A stretch of 63,251 bases of DNA, filler included, from Licmophora abbreviata (lineage: Eukaryota): assembly GCA_900291995.1 (NCBI GenBank). It is 10 parts of 10 records of this genome, joined end to end, with 100 filler letters (N's around TTAATTAATTAA, not from the genome) between each part and the next. Parts side by side here need not be neighbours in the genome. Positions count along the whole stretch, not along the records: positions 20,718 to 38,549 come from OLMU01001405.1; positions 38,650 to 41,850 come from OLMU01001406.1; positions 41,951 to 43,768 come from OLMU01001407.1; positions 43,869 to 46,053 come from OLMU01001408.1; 6 more parts are not named here. One strand, written 5' to 3'. Shown here one piece after another: positions 33,108 to 45,204 of this stretch; within the stretch, counting starts at the first letter, position 1; each line of letters opens with the position of its first letter. The notes under the pieces were generated by a model that made no database searches, was not told the origin of the DNA, and worked only from the letters and a program-made list of their open reading frames with translations. The position numbers and the translations under genes are program-made.

Positions 33108-36100
33108 TCATTCAGGTCGATACACCGCGACAAACTTCTGCGCATCCGTGTTCTTTTCGCGGTGCAGTGAAGAGAGTGTAGAAACAATCGTCAGATCGTC
33201 ATTCATACTATCGTCGTCAGCCTCCGTATCGTCAATGATATCACCAAAGATAGAATCAACGTCCTCGTGCTCGTCGTCGGCTACAGTAGATAACCTCCCA
33301 CCAGCAACAAGCTCGACTCCCTCTTCATCCTGATAGGATCTGGCAGAAGCCAGTTCGGATTCATGCTGAACGCTCAACGTCTGTTGAGTGGAATAGTTCG
33401 TCTTGACAAGATCAGTTTCTCGGACGAGCACATCGACGTCACTTTCGCAATCGGGCACCACTTCGTAGCCCGATGCCGCCGGTTCATCCTCGAGATGCTT
33501 TCGTCGCAGGCGCAGACCGCCGCCCAGAGTTGAGACCGCCTTCAAGACAGCGATACGGGCTTCTAGCTTTGCCCGACTCTTTTCTCGTTCCTTGACCGAC
33601 AGCAATTGGTTCTCAATGGCCACCATCTCTGGACGAGGAATCATGACTCCAAAGAGCTGTTGACCCGGACGGCACAGGGTTGGCTGGAGGGGGTCCTCGT
33701 GACGTGTCAACAGCCGTGCCGTTGAGCTTGGAAGGGGTCGGTCGAAATGCCGTGCGAGATTGTATTCCGGAACACGGGTAATATACGGTCCAAACCGCAA
33801 ACATTTGATGGCCTTCAACTTGAGCGCATCCTCACGACGAATACGAGCGGCTTGGAATACCTTTTGAAAATTGGCAACCAGCTTTTTCATACTGTCGTCC
33901 TTGGAATGGGCTTGAAGAATCAAGTCGACAAAGAGCATGTGGGGACCGAAAAGACCCCAAACAATAATACGGCTCGTCCATGTGAGAATAAAGGCCCACG
34001 GCAGAAGGAGCGAGACTAAGCCGAGAGCAAGAGAGACTGCAGTAATCCAAAAAGAAACAACACTCTCTTCCCAAACCAGGATAATCTTTACAAACCGAAA
34101 TTTCTTGCAGATTCCTATCGAAGCAATGGTGGATCACAGTGAGCGGCATGCGCGTTGACTGTACACCCCAAGAACAATACACCACAGAAGTACTTACTCC
34201 CAACAATGCCTTGGTACCGCCCCAGTCGATTGAGAAGGTCCATAGGAATTATGCTCGCCTTGGGTTCCTTGGTCTGGATTACATCGTCGCCGACTTCGGT
34301 AATCTCCTGCTGCATTTCCGCCTTCTTTTGGGCAATCTTTTGCGCCTCTTCCATCTTTTTCTTCCTAATTCTCTCAATTGAAATAGTCTCCTCGTGACCT
34401 TCCTGATTAACAATTCTCTTCCTCTCGGCAGTGGATCGTCCCGTTCGAAGAATCTCCAGGTAGTGCAGAAACGACGGGCATTGTTGCCACGGCGACGGAT
34501 GGTGTCGTCGAATGTTCATGTTGGCCATCATCATCCAGGCAATGCCGAGAAAGAAGAATGCCGGAAACATGTAGGGTCGCTCAACAAGGGTCGATGCTGC
34601 AAAGAAGAATACCATAGAGTGAATCGGCAAGTAAATACCATAGATCTTGACTTGCCCACGCCAATACATCAAGGACATGAGAGTTTCGGTGATACTCTCC
34701 AAAACATCGCGCTTGTACTGAAAAATCTCGTTAATGTACGAGCGCAAGACTGTCAAATCAAAGTTTTCTTCGCTTCCGTACTCTCCAAAGCATGTGTATC
34801 GAATTACGGAAAAGCTCTTGTCCTTTTTCGCGTTCACATGCATCCTCGGTCGCGGCTTCAGGGCCGCCATGAGAGCTTTCTTTTCGTCGTGCATTTCGAC
34901 CCGAAGCCGAATCGTGATGGTCCCCTTGGCCTACAGAGAGGGCGAAGAAAGCAACGTCAGTCAAAAGCATAACATGTTATCACATTCGTATGGTCAAGAT
35001 CACGTACGATTCGATCAGTAATGTCTGACGACGGATATAGGTTGTAATTCAGCAGATACAACGTATCTTTCTGGAGATTGCTGATATTGACTGCGACGCG
35101 ACCAATGGGTTCATGTCCACCAGGTCCAATGTCCTGATCAAACACACCGAGATACAACACACTCGCTGGATGCATCATACCGAATCGATATGCTCGCTGT
35201 GTCCAAGGCAACCAGTGTGGAGACAACTCGTCATCAATCACAGGCGTCTCGATAACTGCATCTTCGTAGACGGCGCAGACAAATGAGTCTGTCAAGTTGC
35301 CCACCGCCTCTCCCACATCCACATTAGGAAGATCATGACAAGATAAAATCTCTAAGTGGACTGTTCCTAAGGTCCCGCTGCCGGCTTGTACCCAGTTCTG
35401 CGACGGGCGACGAGCCTCGACCTTGATGTCGTAGGGCGACATATACGAGGTAGCCTTCATGCGTTTTGGATCGGGATACGGTTTGATTCGAATTTTCTCC
35501 TGACCTGTCGACTCTTCCATGATAGACTTGGACGAAAACACGTTCGAAAAGGCGTTGAAGAATGTATCCTGCACGGCTGCTGTGTCGTCCTCATCGGAAA
35601 CAAGTTTCGCCATGGGGAGGTGTTTTTCGGCTCCCTCGTCATCCATGAGATGCCTCGCAATTTCATCCTTGGACAACCCCTTCTTCTGTGCTTCAATGAA
35701 GCCAATATCACGAGAAGTCGCCATGCGCATACGCAGCGCTAGTCTTCCACACAGTCCCGAGTCATCGCCGCCGTCATCGTCACCATCGTCTCGCATTTCA
35801 TCCTTCAGATTGACCTCGAATCGTTCCTCGTCGCAGTGCTCTAGCATCAAACCAGTATCCAACTCGACGACACCGAGAAACAAAGCTTCCGACTGCAATA
35901 TCTCCTTGCGCTTGCTCCATAGCTTGATGCGTAGTTTGTGTTTTACAAATTCGGAAGAGGTTGCTCGAAGGAGAAACAAGGATTTGGTCTCAATCGTCCA
36001 AATTGGGTTGGGCCCCTTCATGTCTGCCTTTTTCGAGATATGAATCGTTTCCTCGCCGAACTGCACTCGACAAAAAGGGCGAAGTTCCGCAACATCCCTC

Positions 36101-36270
36101 CCATCTGCAAGATCAGAGGCGACATCGGATAAATTGCAGGCGCCCACAAGTTCGACCAAAATCGCGACGGTGTCGTCGGCAGCTGGCATCGACTCGGCGC
36201 TATCGTCCGTCATGGAGACCAGCGACGGCTGCCGTTCCAATTGCGCCTGTTCGTCGACTAGGGAAGCCAT
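33108..36270 (-). CDS. C2-domain protein with C-terminal membrane segments (MCTP-like architecture); exons 36270-35008, 34930-34198, 34114-33108
   Basis: Two C2-like segments (VELVGACNL...PNPIW; LEILSCHDLPNVD...DELSPHW...LGVFDQD...GRVAVN) followed by hydrophobic hairpins. Introns keep phase. Confidence 0.75.
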
Positions 36271-36941
36271 TGGTGGCGTGCGCTTCGAGAGACTGATGCT
36301 GATCGTGAATCTTTGTGCTTGCACGATGATCGTCTCGCCCTCTAGGCGTGTGTTGTCACAGAATGCGTTGGAAAAATGTCGCCATCGCGTTGTTCGGCGG
36401 AAAACTCAACTTGAAAATCCTCGGATGTGGATGAAGTAAATAAAAATTTGGCGACAGATTCGAAATGCTGAGAACAGACATGTATACCTTTTGTACTACA
36501 CACATCTGCATCCCAGGTTCCCTCCCGATGGATTCCGTTTCATCTGACAACGCGACCTTACAGGTATAAATACGTCATAGTCGTAGGTGTAGCCTGCCTT
36601 GCCTCTGCTATACCTCCTTTCATTTGCTTTCTCCCCTCTAGCCAGGCCGACCAATACGATCTGTACAACAAGGGGTCTTTCGGATGGGATCGCCTTTGTG
36701 CAGCTATCTAGTTTGTTCTAAACTATAGATACACGATAAGAGCAAAATGACTGCGCTAGTAAAAAAGGCTGGGAGGCAAACATCCTAAAATTTCGATTGC
36801 TGTTCTCTTGTTCTCGGTAGTCGTGTTCATACTGTAGCGCGCCAGCTGTAGGTTTCTAATGGTATCTCATTGAACAGCTTGCTGCCTCAGATGTTCACCT
36901 GAGGCCACATCGTCGTCGTGATGTCGATCCAAGACAACGTT

Positions 36942-38549
36942 CTAGCTTTCTTCCTCGGCACCCTCCTGTGGTGTCTCCACGTCGTTGTCTTCATCGCCCG
37001 CCCCACCGTCCGAGCCAACAGTCTCCGCAGCATTCTGGCGATCCTTGCCAGCCTCGCGTTCCATTTCACGACGCCGAACGTATCGCTCTCGCGCCTGAAG
37101 GACGGCATGATTGTCCTCGCCAGAAATAAGACCAGCATGACACGGAATGTGAATGAACAGACTGGACAAAGACGACGCCATGACGATACTACCCATCATG
37201 AGAAAGGCCGTTCTATATTCCAGCTCCCGAAAGCCAAGGCCAAAGAGTACACTACCGGCATTTCCACCGGCGCCAACAATACCGGCAACCGAGCCTGTGT
37301 AGAGCTTGCTCACGTACGGAACGACACCGTATATTGCACCCTCCGCAGCTTGGGTGAAGATCGAAAAAATACACATGGTCACAATCGCGCCCGCTAGGGA
37401 ATGAGTAAAGGCAAATACAAAAATTGTCGCTCCTTCGAGCAGGAGCAGCATAGTCTGGAGCCAGAGTCGACCTCGCATGCCGTTTGACAGGTTCAGCCGG
37501 TCACTCATCCATCCGCCGAGACCACGCGCGAAAATATTCATGGAGCCGTAGATAAATCCCAGAGCCGACGCTTCTTGCGTCGAAAGTCCAAATTCGCTGG
37601 TGTAGTACAAGACAGCGGCATTGTTCATGACGAGCTCCACACCAAACGAACAGGCGTACTGAAGATACAAAATCCAGGTGTTGAGAGTCGCTCCTTGACG
37701 GAGCGACGTGGTGAAGAAAATCTGATCCATGGAGCCTCTCTTTCGCATCTCACTGTAGTTTCCCATGGGGGCGTCGTCGGAAATAAAGGGAACAATGAAT
37801 CCCCACGTACATGCCACCACGGCTGGGATAACGCAAATCGTGCGCCACGATTTTTCCGTATCGCCATCGTAAATGTCTGTAAAGAGCGGGAACATCAACG
37901 AGCCCATGAAGGCTTGCGTAAAGGCGCCTCCGAGATTACCCCATCCACCGACAATTCCATTGGCGGTGCCGACGATTTCTCGTGAAAACATGCGGGACGG
38001 CCAAAATTGCGCCATGACAAAGGACGACCCGGCAATGCCAATGAACAAGCGAAGGACCGACAGTCCAGCAGCACTACCGACCAGCCCCACCATGGCAGTA
38101 GGAATCGACGCAACGCACAGCACAATAGCCATGGGGATCCTCGCACCGTGCGCATCACAGACTGGTCCCATGATGACGCGCATGACGATAGCCGTGAGAT
38201 CGTTGGTGATGGAAGACATCCAAATTTCCTTTTTGGAAAGACCTAAACTTTCTTGAATCTCTTTCAAGAGTGGTGCGGGGGCAAACCAGATTAGAAATGC
38301 GAGAAAGAAGGAGATCCAAGCGCAGTGCATCGCTCGCATGTGCGGACGCTTGAAGGATAGGAGCTTGATTTGGGTCGCTCGGTCGCCAGCTTCGTGGTCG
38401 ACTGTGACATCGTAGCGCAAGTATTTTGAGCCAGGAGAGGCCTTGTGAGGGTCGGAGGCGCACATTTCCCACGCGTGGGGATCATTTCTCCGATCGGTGA
38501 GAGATATCTCGTGCAAAGGCCGATCGGGGATGTTCGCCGTTTCGGCGAC
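36942..38549 (-). CDS. NRT2: High-affinity nitrate transporter NRT2 (MFS); 5' partial
   Basis: RPHMRAMHCAW, GTANGIVGGWGNLGG, YACSFGVEL, FARGLGG and VGAGGNAG nitrate-signature motifs. Confidence 0.93.
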   Translation of the reverse strand, partial: VAETANIPDRPLHEISLTDRRNDPHAWEMCASDPHKASPGSKYLRYDVTVDHEAGDRATQIKLLSFKRPHMRAMHCAWISFFLAFLIWFAPAPLLKEIQESLGLSKKEIWMSSITNDLTAIVMRVIMGPVCDAHGARIPMAIVLCVASIPTAMVGLVGSAAGLSVLRLFIGIAGSSFVMAQFWPSRMFSREIVGTANGIVGGWGNLGGAFTQAFMGSLMFPLFTDIYDGDTEKSWRTICVIPAVVACTWGFIVPFISDDAPMGNYSEMRKRGSMDQIFFTTSLRQGATLNTWILYLQYACSFGVELVMNNAAVLYYTSEFGLSTQEASALGFIYGSMNIFARGLGGWMSDRLNLSNGMRGRLWLQTMLLLLEGATIFVFAFTHSLAGAIVTMCIFSIFTQAAEGAIYGVVPYVSKLYTGSVAGIVGAGGNAGSVLFGLGFRELEYRTAFLMMGSIVMASSLSSLFIHIPCHAGLISGEDNHAVLQARERYVRRREMEREAGKDRQNAAETVGSDGGAGDEDNDVETPQEGAEEES

Positions 38550-38649
38550 NNNNNNNNNNNNNNNNNNNNNNNNNNNNNNNNNNNNNNNNNNNNTTAATTA
38601 ATTAANNNNNNNNNNNNNNNNNNNNNNNNNNNNNNNNNNNNNNNNNNNN
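38550..38649. other. Assembly gap spacer
   Basis: N44-TTAATTAATTAA-N44. Confidence 0.99.
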
Positions 38650-38921
38650 ACGGCACTGTCCATTTGGTGACAGTGTCATCCGCTTCCGGAAGTTATGATA
38701 GTTGAGCCGAATGACGATTGTTGCAGAGAACGTCGCTACGACATCCATTGATGTTTTTCCATACACTTCGACCAACTCGACTGACTGATGACTCGACTCA
38801 CTCGACTCTCTCATTTGTCTCAGCAATATCCGGCCCAACCCGCTATGTTATCAGAAGTGTCTGACAGTGATGGTGCTTCAAAATGGACAACAGATTAAAA
38901 GCCATCACCTTTCTACTTTAG

Positions 38922-39845
38922 CTAGAACCCGCCAAACCAGGATCGGCCGCCACCACCACTAGACGCTCGAAGGTTCTTGGCGCAATACACTTCCACCTCT
39001 GCAAGCTGAAATTTCCCTCTCACGGGCCAACCGGACTTGGCATTGTAGGCAGTTCCCACAGCCGAGTTTGCTTCCTTCAGATTGCCAGCGTTGATACTGG
39101 TGCTCTCCATGTCAGGGCCAGCAAAACCACCCATGACAGCCGCTCGGGGCGGACCAATCAACAAATCGGCTGCGCCAAAGCAAGGACCCCCAGTGGCATA
39201 GTCAAAGACAGCCGCGTTTCCTACAATGAACAAGAGGGCAATTCAGAAGAGTAGCCTAAGCACCAGTATCGAGGCACTGTCACCTCAGGGGGCCAACTCA
39301 GTCCGACCCTACAACACGTCCAGCGACTCGACGAGTAGCTTACCTCCCGTGTAAACTGGCAGCTTGGCAATCTTGCCGCCCTTTGGAAACCATAAGAACG
39401 CTGAATTCGTACTACCATAGTCATCGGTAGACATCCATCCTAAGGGATTGAACCCTCCAAAGAGTGCTCCAGTGCGTGAGAGACCAACCACCAAGCCTGA
39501 TCCTCGTCCGTCGACACGCTTGTGAAAGCTCACGGCAGACCATCCATCACGACTTCCTTTGTAGACGCATTCCAACTCCTTGCCCTCCAAAGAAGTGGAA
39601 TCTACCAATTGTTTCTGTATGGAACCATCTAGCAGCTTGGATGGAGCAACGCCAGTGACGCCCGACACGAAATTAATAATTGAGAATCTTGCGGTTGAGG
39701 ACGAAGGAGGATTGAAACCATTTCGACTCCTGGGTCTCGATGACGATGGCACAAACGCCTCTATGAGTCCCAGCGTTACTATGAGCACGCATGCAAGAAG
39801 CGATGGTCTTATGTTCCATCGTATTGTCGCCAATGTCCTCAACAT
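38922..39845 (-). CDS. Plastid-targeted TLDc-domain protein; exons 39845-39344, 39220-38922
   Basis: IEA-F presequence; YKGSRDGWSAVSFHKRVD, FGGFNP, AFLW, GPCFG..DL and EVEVY are TLDc motifs. Confidence 0.85.
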
Positions 39846-40016
39846 TCTCAACTCTGTCTTCTTCAACAATGCTCAATGCCCGAGATCTTCTTTCCCGCCA
39901 AACTCAAGCTAGTTTCTGTCTGTCTGTCTGCTACGTTGTCTGTCTGTCACCTGCTGAGAGGCCCGCTGGAGCTTTCATTCTTTTCGCCCGCTGTTGCGCT
40001 GACGACCACCATGACT

Positions 40017-40460
40017 ATGAGTCGACGTCTTCTTTGTTCTCCTTTTGGCATCAATCGATTGTCGCGCAGTTGCCTAAATAGATACGCTCCACGAGTAAAC
40101 CTATCGACAGCTGCCGCATACGTTGACGACAAGTCGCGATACGTACAGAAGCCCGACAAGCCAGTGCCGGTGAGTCTGACTACAGAATGTGATTGAATAC
40201 AGAAATGGATGTAAATATGTGGTGCAACTCATTTCTACTTTCTCGTATTCCAACAGTTCAAGCTTGGAAAGCACCGCTCGAATGCCTTGGAACTGATTGA
40301 ACATCAAGCGGTGATCGAAGTGGACGGAGAAATGGCAATTTGCGATGGTGGTGGAGGTGCATTGGGCCACCCGATCGAGTACCTGGCTTTGGAACGACCG
40401 GGCGAGATCAAGTCTTGTCTCTACTGTGGCCTAAAGTTCAAGTCTAAGGGGCACCACTAG
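40017..40460 (+). CDS. NDUFS6: Mitochondrial complex I 13-kDa zinc-finger subunit; exons 40017-40169, 40257-40460
   Basis: Exon 2 (not in the ORF track) encodes AICDGGGGALGHPIEY...CLYCGLKF. Arg-rich presequence; GTGAGT..AACAG intron. Confidence 0.92.
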
Positions 40461-40599
40461 AGAGGTTGAAGAGTTCTGACGGCTAGGGTAAACGGAGGTT
40501 TTGATGTGAGACACGTCTTTTCTACACGGAATATACAATAGTAGCAAAACTAATGTAAACCTATCAATGTAAGGTATGATTTCGTCGGTTTGCTACGCG

Positions 40600-43498
40600 T
40601 TATGCAGCTTGTGCAACGTCTGCGGAGGCGAGGCTCTGCCATAGTGAATACACGGCGTTGAAGCGCATCTTGTCTTCTAGTCCCTGAAACAGCAGGAACG
40701 CTTCGTTCCGGTACTCGGACACTGGGTCCAAGTTCTGGTACTTTCGCAAAATCACACTTTCCTTGAGATTCTCCATGTTTTGCAAGTGGTCGCTCCATGC
40801 ATTGTCCATTGTTACCAGCGTAATGTAGTTTGCCGATCGTCCCAAGGATAGAGGCTTGCCAGACTTGGCGTCCTGTTCGGTGGCCTTCTGCGAGAAGACC
40901 TCGTCTGCTGCAATTGATAGAAACTTGGTGACACCGTCCGCATCGAGGCCATTCAATTCTCCCTCTGTCATGACTTGGGCGACCGGAGGGAAGAACTGAC
41001 TTATCTTCTCCAAAACTTTGATTACATTGACTGATCCATCTTCGTCCGTTTGCGCCTCAACAATATCGGCGATTGTCTGCTCATTGTAGTCCTTCATCAT
41101 GGCAAACGAATCTTCAGCAGAACCAAAGAGAATATCCCGCCGCCGACTATAGATGATGCGTCGCTGGCTATTGAGCACGTCATCAAAGTTGAAGATCTCG
41201 CCACGAATGTTGCGGTATTTCTCTTCTACCGCTTTCTGCACCTTATCGAGTGCCTCCGTCACTTGGGGCGCTTCGACCGGCATGTCCTCCGACACGCGGA
41301 ACATCTTGAGAATGTTCTGCAGAGAATCTCCACCGAAAATAACAAACATGTCGTCTTCGAACGACAAGAAGAATCGCGATGAGCCCGGGTCCCCTTGTCG
41401 TCCTGCACGACCGCGCAGCTGCGAATCGATACGGGAACTCTCATGACGGTTCGTACCCATGACGTACAGTCCTCCGCTTTTCTTAACTGCTTCCTTCTCC
41501 TCCTCCAAGACGGAACCGTAGGACTCTTTGATGGCTTCTGCACCATCACGGAGCTTGACGAGATAGTCAGGATCTTCCTCGCTCTCGGTCGTATCAGTAG
41601 CAACCGTCAGGATCTCATCCAACTCGATTCCCGAAAGGTCGTTTCCGTGCTCCTTTTTGAGGGCAGATGCCGCCTCCTTCAACAACAAGAGCGCCTCGTC
41701 GCTTGTATCGCACGGAAAGTAGTCCTCCGGAGGGGATGGCGGCAACGTTTCCATCTCATCCTTTGTCAATACGCCTTGATCGATCAGCACGGAGCGAGTC
41801 TTGATACGTGCCATTGTCGTGGGGCATCCTCCGAGCAGAATATCAGTACCNNNNNNNNNNNNNNNNNNNNNNNNNNNNNNNNNNNNNNNNNNNNTTAATT
41901 AATTAANNNNNNNNNNNNNNNNNNNNNNNNNNNNNNNNNNNNNNNNNNNNGAGCCTGAGCAGACAGGGTACACAATGGTGAGTCGACCAGAAAATGTTAA
42001 ACAAGATTATTCCACAAGTAGCTTCTTATGATACGACTCCATTGCTTACCTGATATGTGACCTTCGCAATGACCTTGCTCTGCTCACTAACATCGATGCC
42101 TTCTTTGGCTTCAATACTCTGGTGAAGCCCATCGGACCAACGTCGTCCATCCAAGACACGACCCGTAAACGAATCAATGATTCCGACCCCCTCCATTTCT
42201 CCAGAAGCTCCGGTCACAATGGTATATTCGATGTCTTTCGTGAATAACTCTTTGGCCTTGACCGCGTTGGACACGAACGGCGCCCACGCCTCTCCATCCG
42301 CACCAATCTCAAAGAGACTATCCACACCCAGCGCCCGTTCTGAATCACGATATCCAGCTTCATTCAAGATACAGTTCTTGTTCTTTTCATCCACAGTATA
42401 ATGCACATTCTCCTTGAGCGCCTCTGCTAATTTCACAGCAGTTGTGTACTTGTTGGCCGGAGCGGGTACTTGCTTGGAAATAATGAGTGGCGTTCGCGCC
42501 TCGTCAATCAACACACTGTCGGCCTCGTCGACAACACAAAAGCCATCAAACTCATTGGCACCCCCCGGCAGTACCGTTTGTGCAGGAGACAAAGCCAAGT
42601 GATCGCGCAAGTAGTCAAAACCCAATTCCGAGTTTGTTACATAGACCACATCACATGCATAGGCTTCGCGGCGCTGGTCTTCCGTCATGCCACTCTGAAT
42701 CAAACCGACCGTCAGACCCAAGAAGCGATGTACTTGTCCCATCTTTTCCATATCGCGTCGTGCCAGATAGTCATTGACAGTAATGATAAAGGATGTGGTC
42801 CCCGAAAGAGCATTGGCATACGCCGGCAATGTTGATACAAGAGTCTTGCCTTCGCCTGTTGCCATTTCTGCCAACCGACCCTCATGGAGGATAAGACCAC
42901 CGACGAGCTGAACATCGTAGTGACGCAATTCCAAGACGCGCCTGAGTCGAAAGTAGATTTCAAGCGTGTGTGTGAGCAGAGTTCACAAGAAACAATCGTA
43001 CGGAAAACTAAGCCTCTCTCTGTCGACCTCTTCAAAATACACATACCATGCTGCTTCTCGCACTACAGCAAAGGCTTCTTCCAAGAGTGGACCATTCAAG
43101 TCTTCTCCTTTGTTGAGACGTTCCTTGAATTCGTTAGTTTTTGCTTGCAGGTCTTCGTCTCCCATGTCTTCTACAGACGGCTCGAGTTTGTTGATCTTGT
43201 CAACACGTTTCTGTAGCTCTTCTAGATACTGTTCGTTTTCCTTTTTACGCTTCTCTTCGTCTTGGCCAGTCAAGAAGTCTTCCATGACTCCCATCTTGAG
43301 CAGTACTGACGACGACGGCGAGCTACCTCGAGGAGAAAAGGCGAGGGACACCGTCTCTGTAGCCTGGGTATGTTTTGAACGCCCTGTGAACGTCGACAGA
43401 CGCGGGGCAAACGCCTGGACTGCCGGTGGCGCCGTCATCAAAGTCGCCGTGACGAAAAGGAGGAGGAGACAGCTCGAAGAAGTCATGGCGCTGCTCAT
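40600..43498 (-). CDS. secA: Nucleus-encoded plastid preprotein translocase SecA; exons 43498-43047, 42941-42050, 41954-(gap)-40600
   Basis: VQA-FAP presequence; [57 protein letters not shown]. The middle of the gene is lost in the gap. Confidence 0.93.
41851..41950. other. Assembly gap spacer inside secA
   Basis: N44-TTAATTAATTAA-N44, with colinear SecA sequence on both sides. Confidence 0.99.
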
Positions 43499-43768
43499 TT
43501 TGAATGTGTACAAGCACTCTTCTCTCAAGTCTCTTTAGCGATTATAGAGAAGTCACTATCGAGTGAACGCTTTTCCCGTCACTGACAGTAGTCTACTGAC
43601 TCGATTTTCATTGTCATGCCCAAAGCAGTCAGAGCATTCTCACGTCCATCATGCTGACATACGTGTTTTCCGGGTTCAAATGTGTTGGGTTTCGCGCCAA
43701 CACTTTCACTTGAAAGTATGTCTGTCCCCCGCGGGAATCGGATTTGCGCGCGCGCCATCACGAGCTTT

Positions 43769-43868
43769 NNNNNNNNNNNNNNNNNNNNNNNNNNNNNNNN
43801 NNNNNNNNNNNNTTAATTAATTAANNNNNNNNNNNNNNNNNNNNNNNNNNNNNNNNNNNNNNNNNNNN
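43769..43868. other. Assembly gap spacer
   Basis: N44-TTAATTAATTAA-N44. Confidence 0.99.
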
Positions 43869-44008
43869 ATGCCCGAGCTGTGATGGCCATTGCAGCCATG
43901 TGTCGAAGACGATGATACATAATGTGAAAGAGAAATCACCACAAATAGAGAATCGTCACTCAATTCATTCATCCAAAAGCAGGACAACATACACACAGAA
44001 CGACCATC

Positions 44009-44632
44009 ATGGGCTGCTCTCAATCTTCCTCCGCTCCTGTCCAAACTGAAGTGGAGTCTGTTTCCAAGACTACAACCATCAACATTGGACCGCCTTATCC
44101 AGTGATTGGTCCGTCCACCATTATGAGAAAAAAGAAGCACGGGACAAGTATTACTCCTGTTCAAAAACACTTGCGCTGGAATTGCGATTACCGCACTGCC
44201 GACAGTATTTGTAATTTCAATCGTCACTTTGCCGAACCATCCTCTCAGTTTACCAAGAATCGACGATTCCTACAAGACTGCAAGAGAGCCCAACAAAGCG
44301 ACACGAAGAGCACGCTTACCTTTTACGATAGTAATACGGGAAAGCCATTGTTCATAGCTCCGAAGAAACGTTCGTGGGATCAGTTCTTGTCCGAGTCGCG
44401 TGCGCATGGGTGGCCATCCTTTCGGGATTCGGAAGTTCATTGGGAGAACGTGCGATGCTTGAAGAATGGCGAGTGCGTGTCGGTCGACGGTACACATCTT
44501 GGCCACAATCTTCCAGATCACAATGGAAATCGTTACTGCATCAATCTAGTGTCGATTGCTGGGCGACCGGCGGACAAAATGGACACCAATGAGAAGGATT
44601 CAATCAAGACTGGTGACGAGCCGCAACAATGA
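44009..44632 (+). CDS. MsrB/SelR-like protein with N-terminal MGC acylation motif
   Basis: HGWPSF, GTHLGH and RYCIN motifs; N-terminus MGCSQS. Confidence 0.8.
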   Translation: MGCSQSSSAPVQTEVESVSKTTTINIGPPYPVIGPSTIMRKKKHGTSITPVQKHLRWNCDYRTADSICNFNRHFAEPSSQFTKNRRFLQDCKRAQQSDTKSTLTFYDSNTGKPLFIAPKKRSWDQFLSESRAHGWPSFRDSEVHWENVRCLKNGECVSVDGTHLGHNLPDHNGNRYCINLVSIAGRPADKMDTNEKDSIKTGDEPQQ

Positions 44633-44748
44633 ATATCTTTCGACCGAGAAGCAAAAGGAACAAGATGCATGATGCATAGACCACCACATACACACATGAC
44701 TACAATAAACAAGTAACGTTGCGGTAATCCTTTCACTATCACCAGTCT

Positions 44749-45204
44749 TTACGCCACCATGGTACTAGCGGTTGCCGACTCGTACTTCCAGTTGGTTGGG
44801 AGCTTTCGCGTGGTACGGTAATAACGTGCCAATCGATGAATACGAGATTCAATGAGGATCAGACGAAATTTGCTGTCCTTGTCCTTGCGATTGCGCTCCA
44901 AATGCTTACGGACCTGGACTGCCTTTTTGATGAGCATGTACAAGTCTTCCGGAACTTCCGGTGCAAGGCCATTGGCCTTTAGAATGCGGACAATCTTTTG
45001 GCCCGTGACGGAGGACACTTGGGGAATGCCGTGGGCATCTCGAAGAAGAACTCCAATCTGAGAGGGGTACAATCCCTTTTTGGCCAATTTGCAAACGTGC
45101 TCTTCGACATCGGCAGTGGTGGCCTTGCTCCAGGATGGAGGAGTGCGCTTGTACGGCATGGCACTCTTAGAGATGCCCTTTCCGGGAGCGTGCATGCGAC
45201 CCAT
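44749..45204 (-). CDS. RPS13: 40S ribosomal protein S13 (uS15)
   Basis: [12 protein letters not shown]...[21 protein letters not shown]; probable 5'UTR intron at 45206-45480. Confidence 0.98.
   Translation of the reverse strand: MGRMHAPGKGISKSAMPYKRTPPSWSKATTADVEEHVCKLAKKGLYPSQIGVLLRDAHGIPQVSSVTGQKIVRILKANGLAPEVPEDLYMLIKKAVQVRKHLERNRKDKDSKFRLILIESRIHRLARYYRTTRKLPTNWKYESATASTMVA

Noticed and set aside
21341..38549. Possible nutrient-assimilation cluster (sir, ftsH, PGAM, DGAT2, SWEET, NRT2)
   Set aside because: Mixed orientations with unrelated genes interspersed; ordinary eukaryotic gene neighbourhood with no evidence of co-regulation.
39940..39975. CTGAGA-containing segment as a possible TPP riboswitch
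   Set aside because: Lacks the other conserved TPP aptamer elements in the correct order, and the neighbouring genes are unrelated to thiamine.
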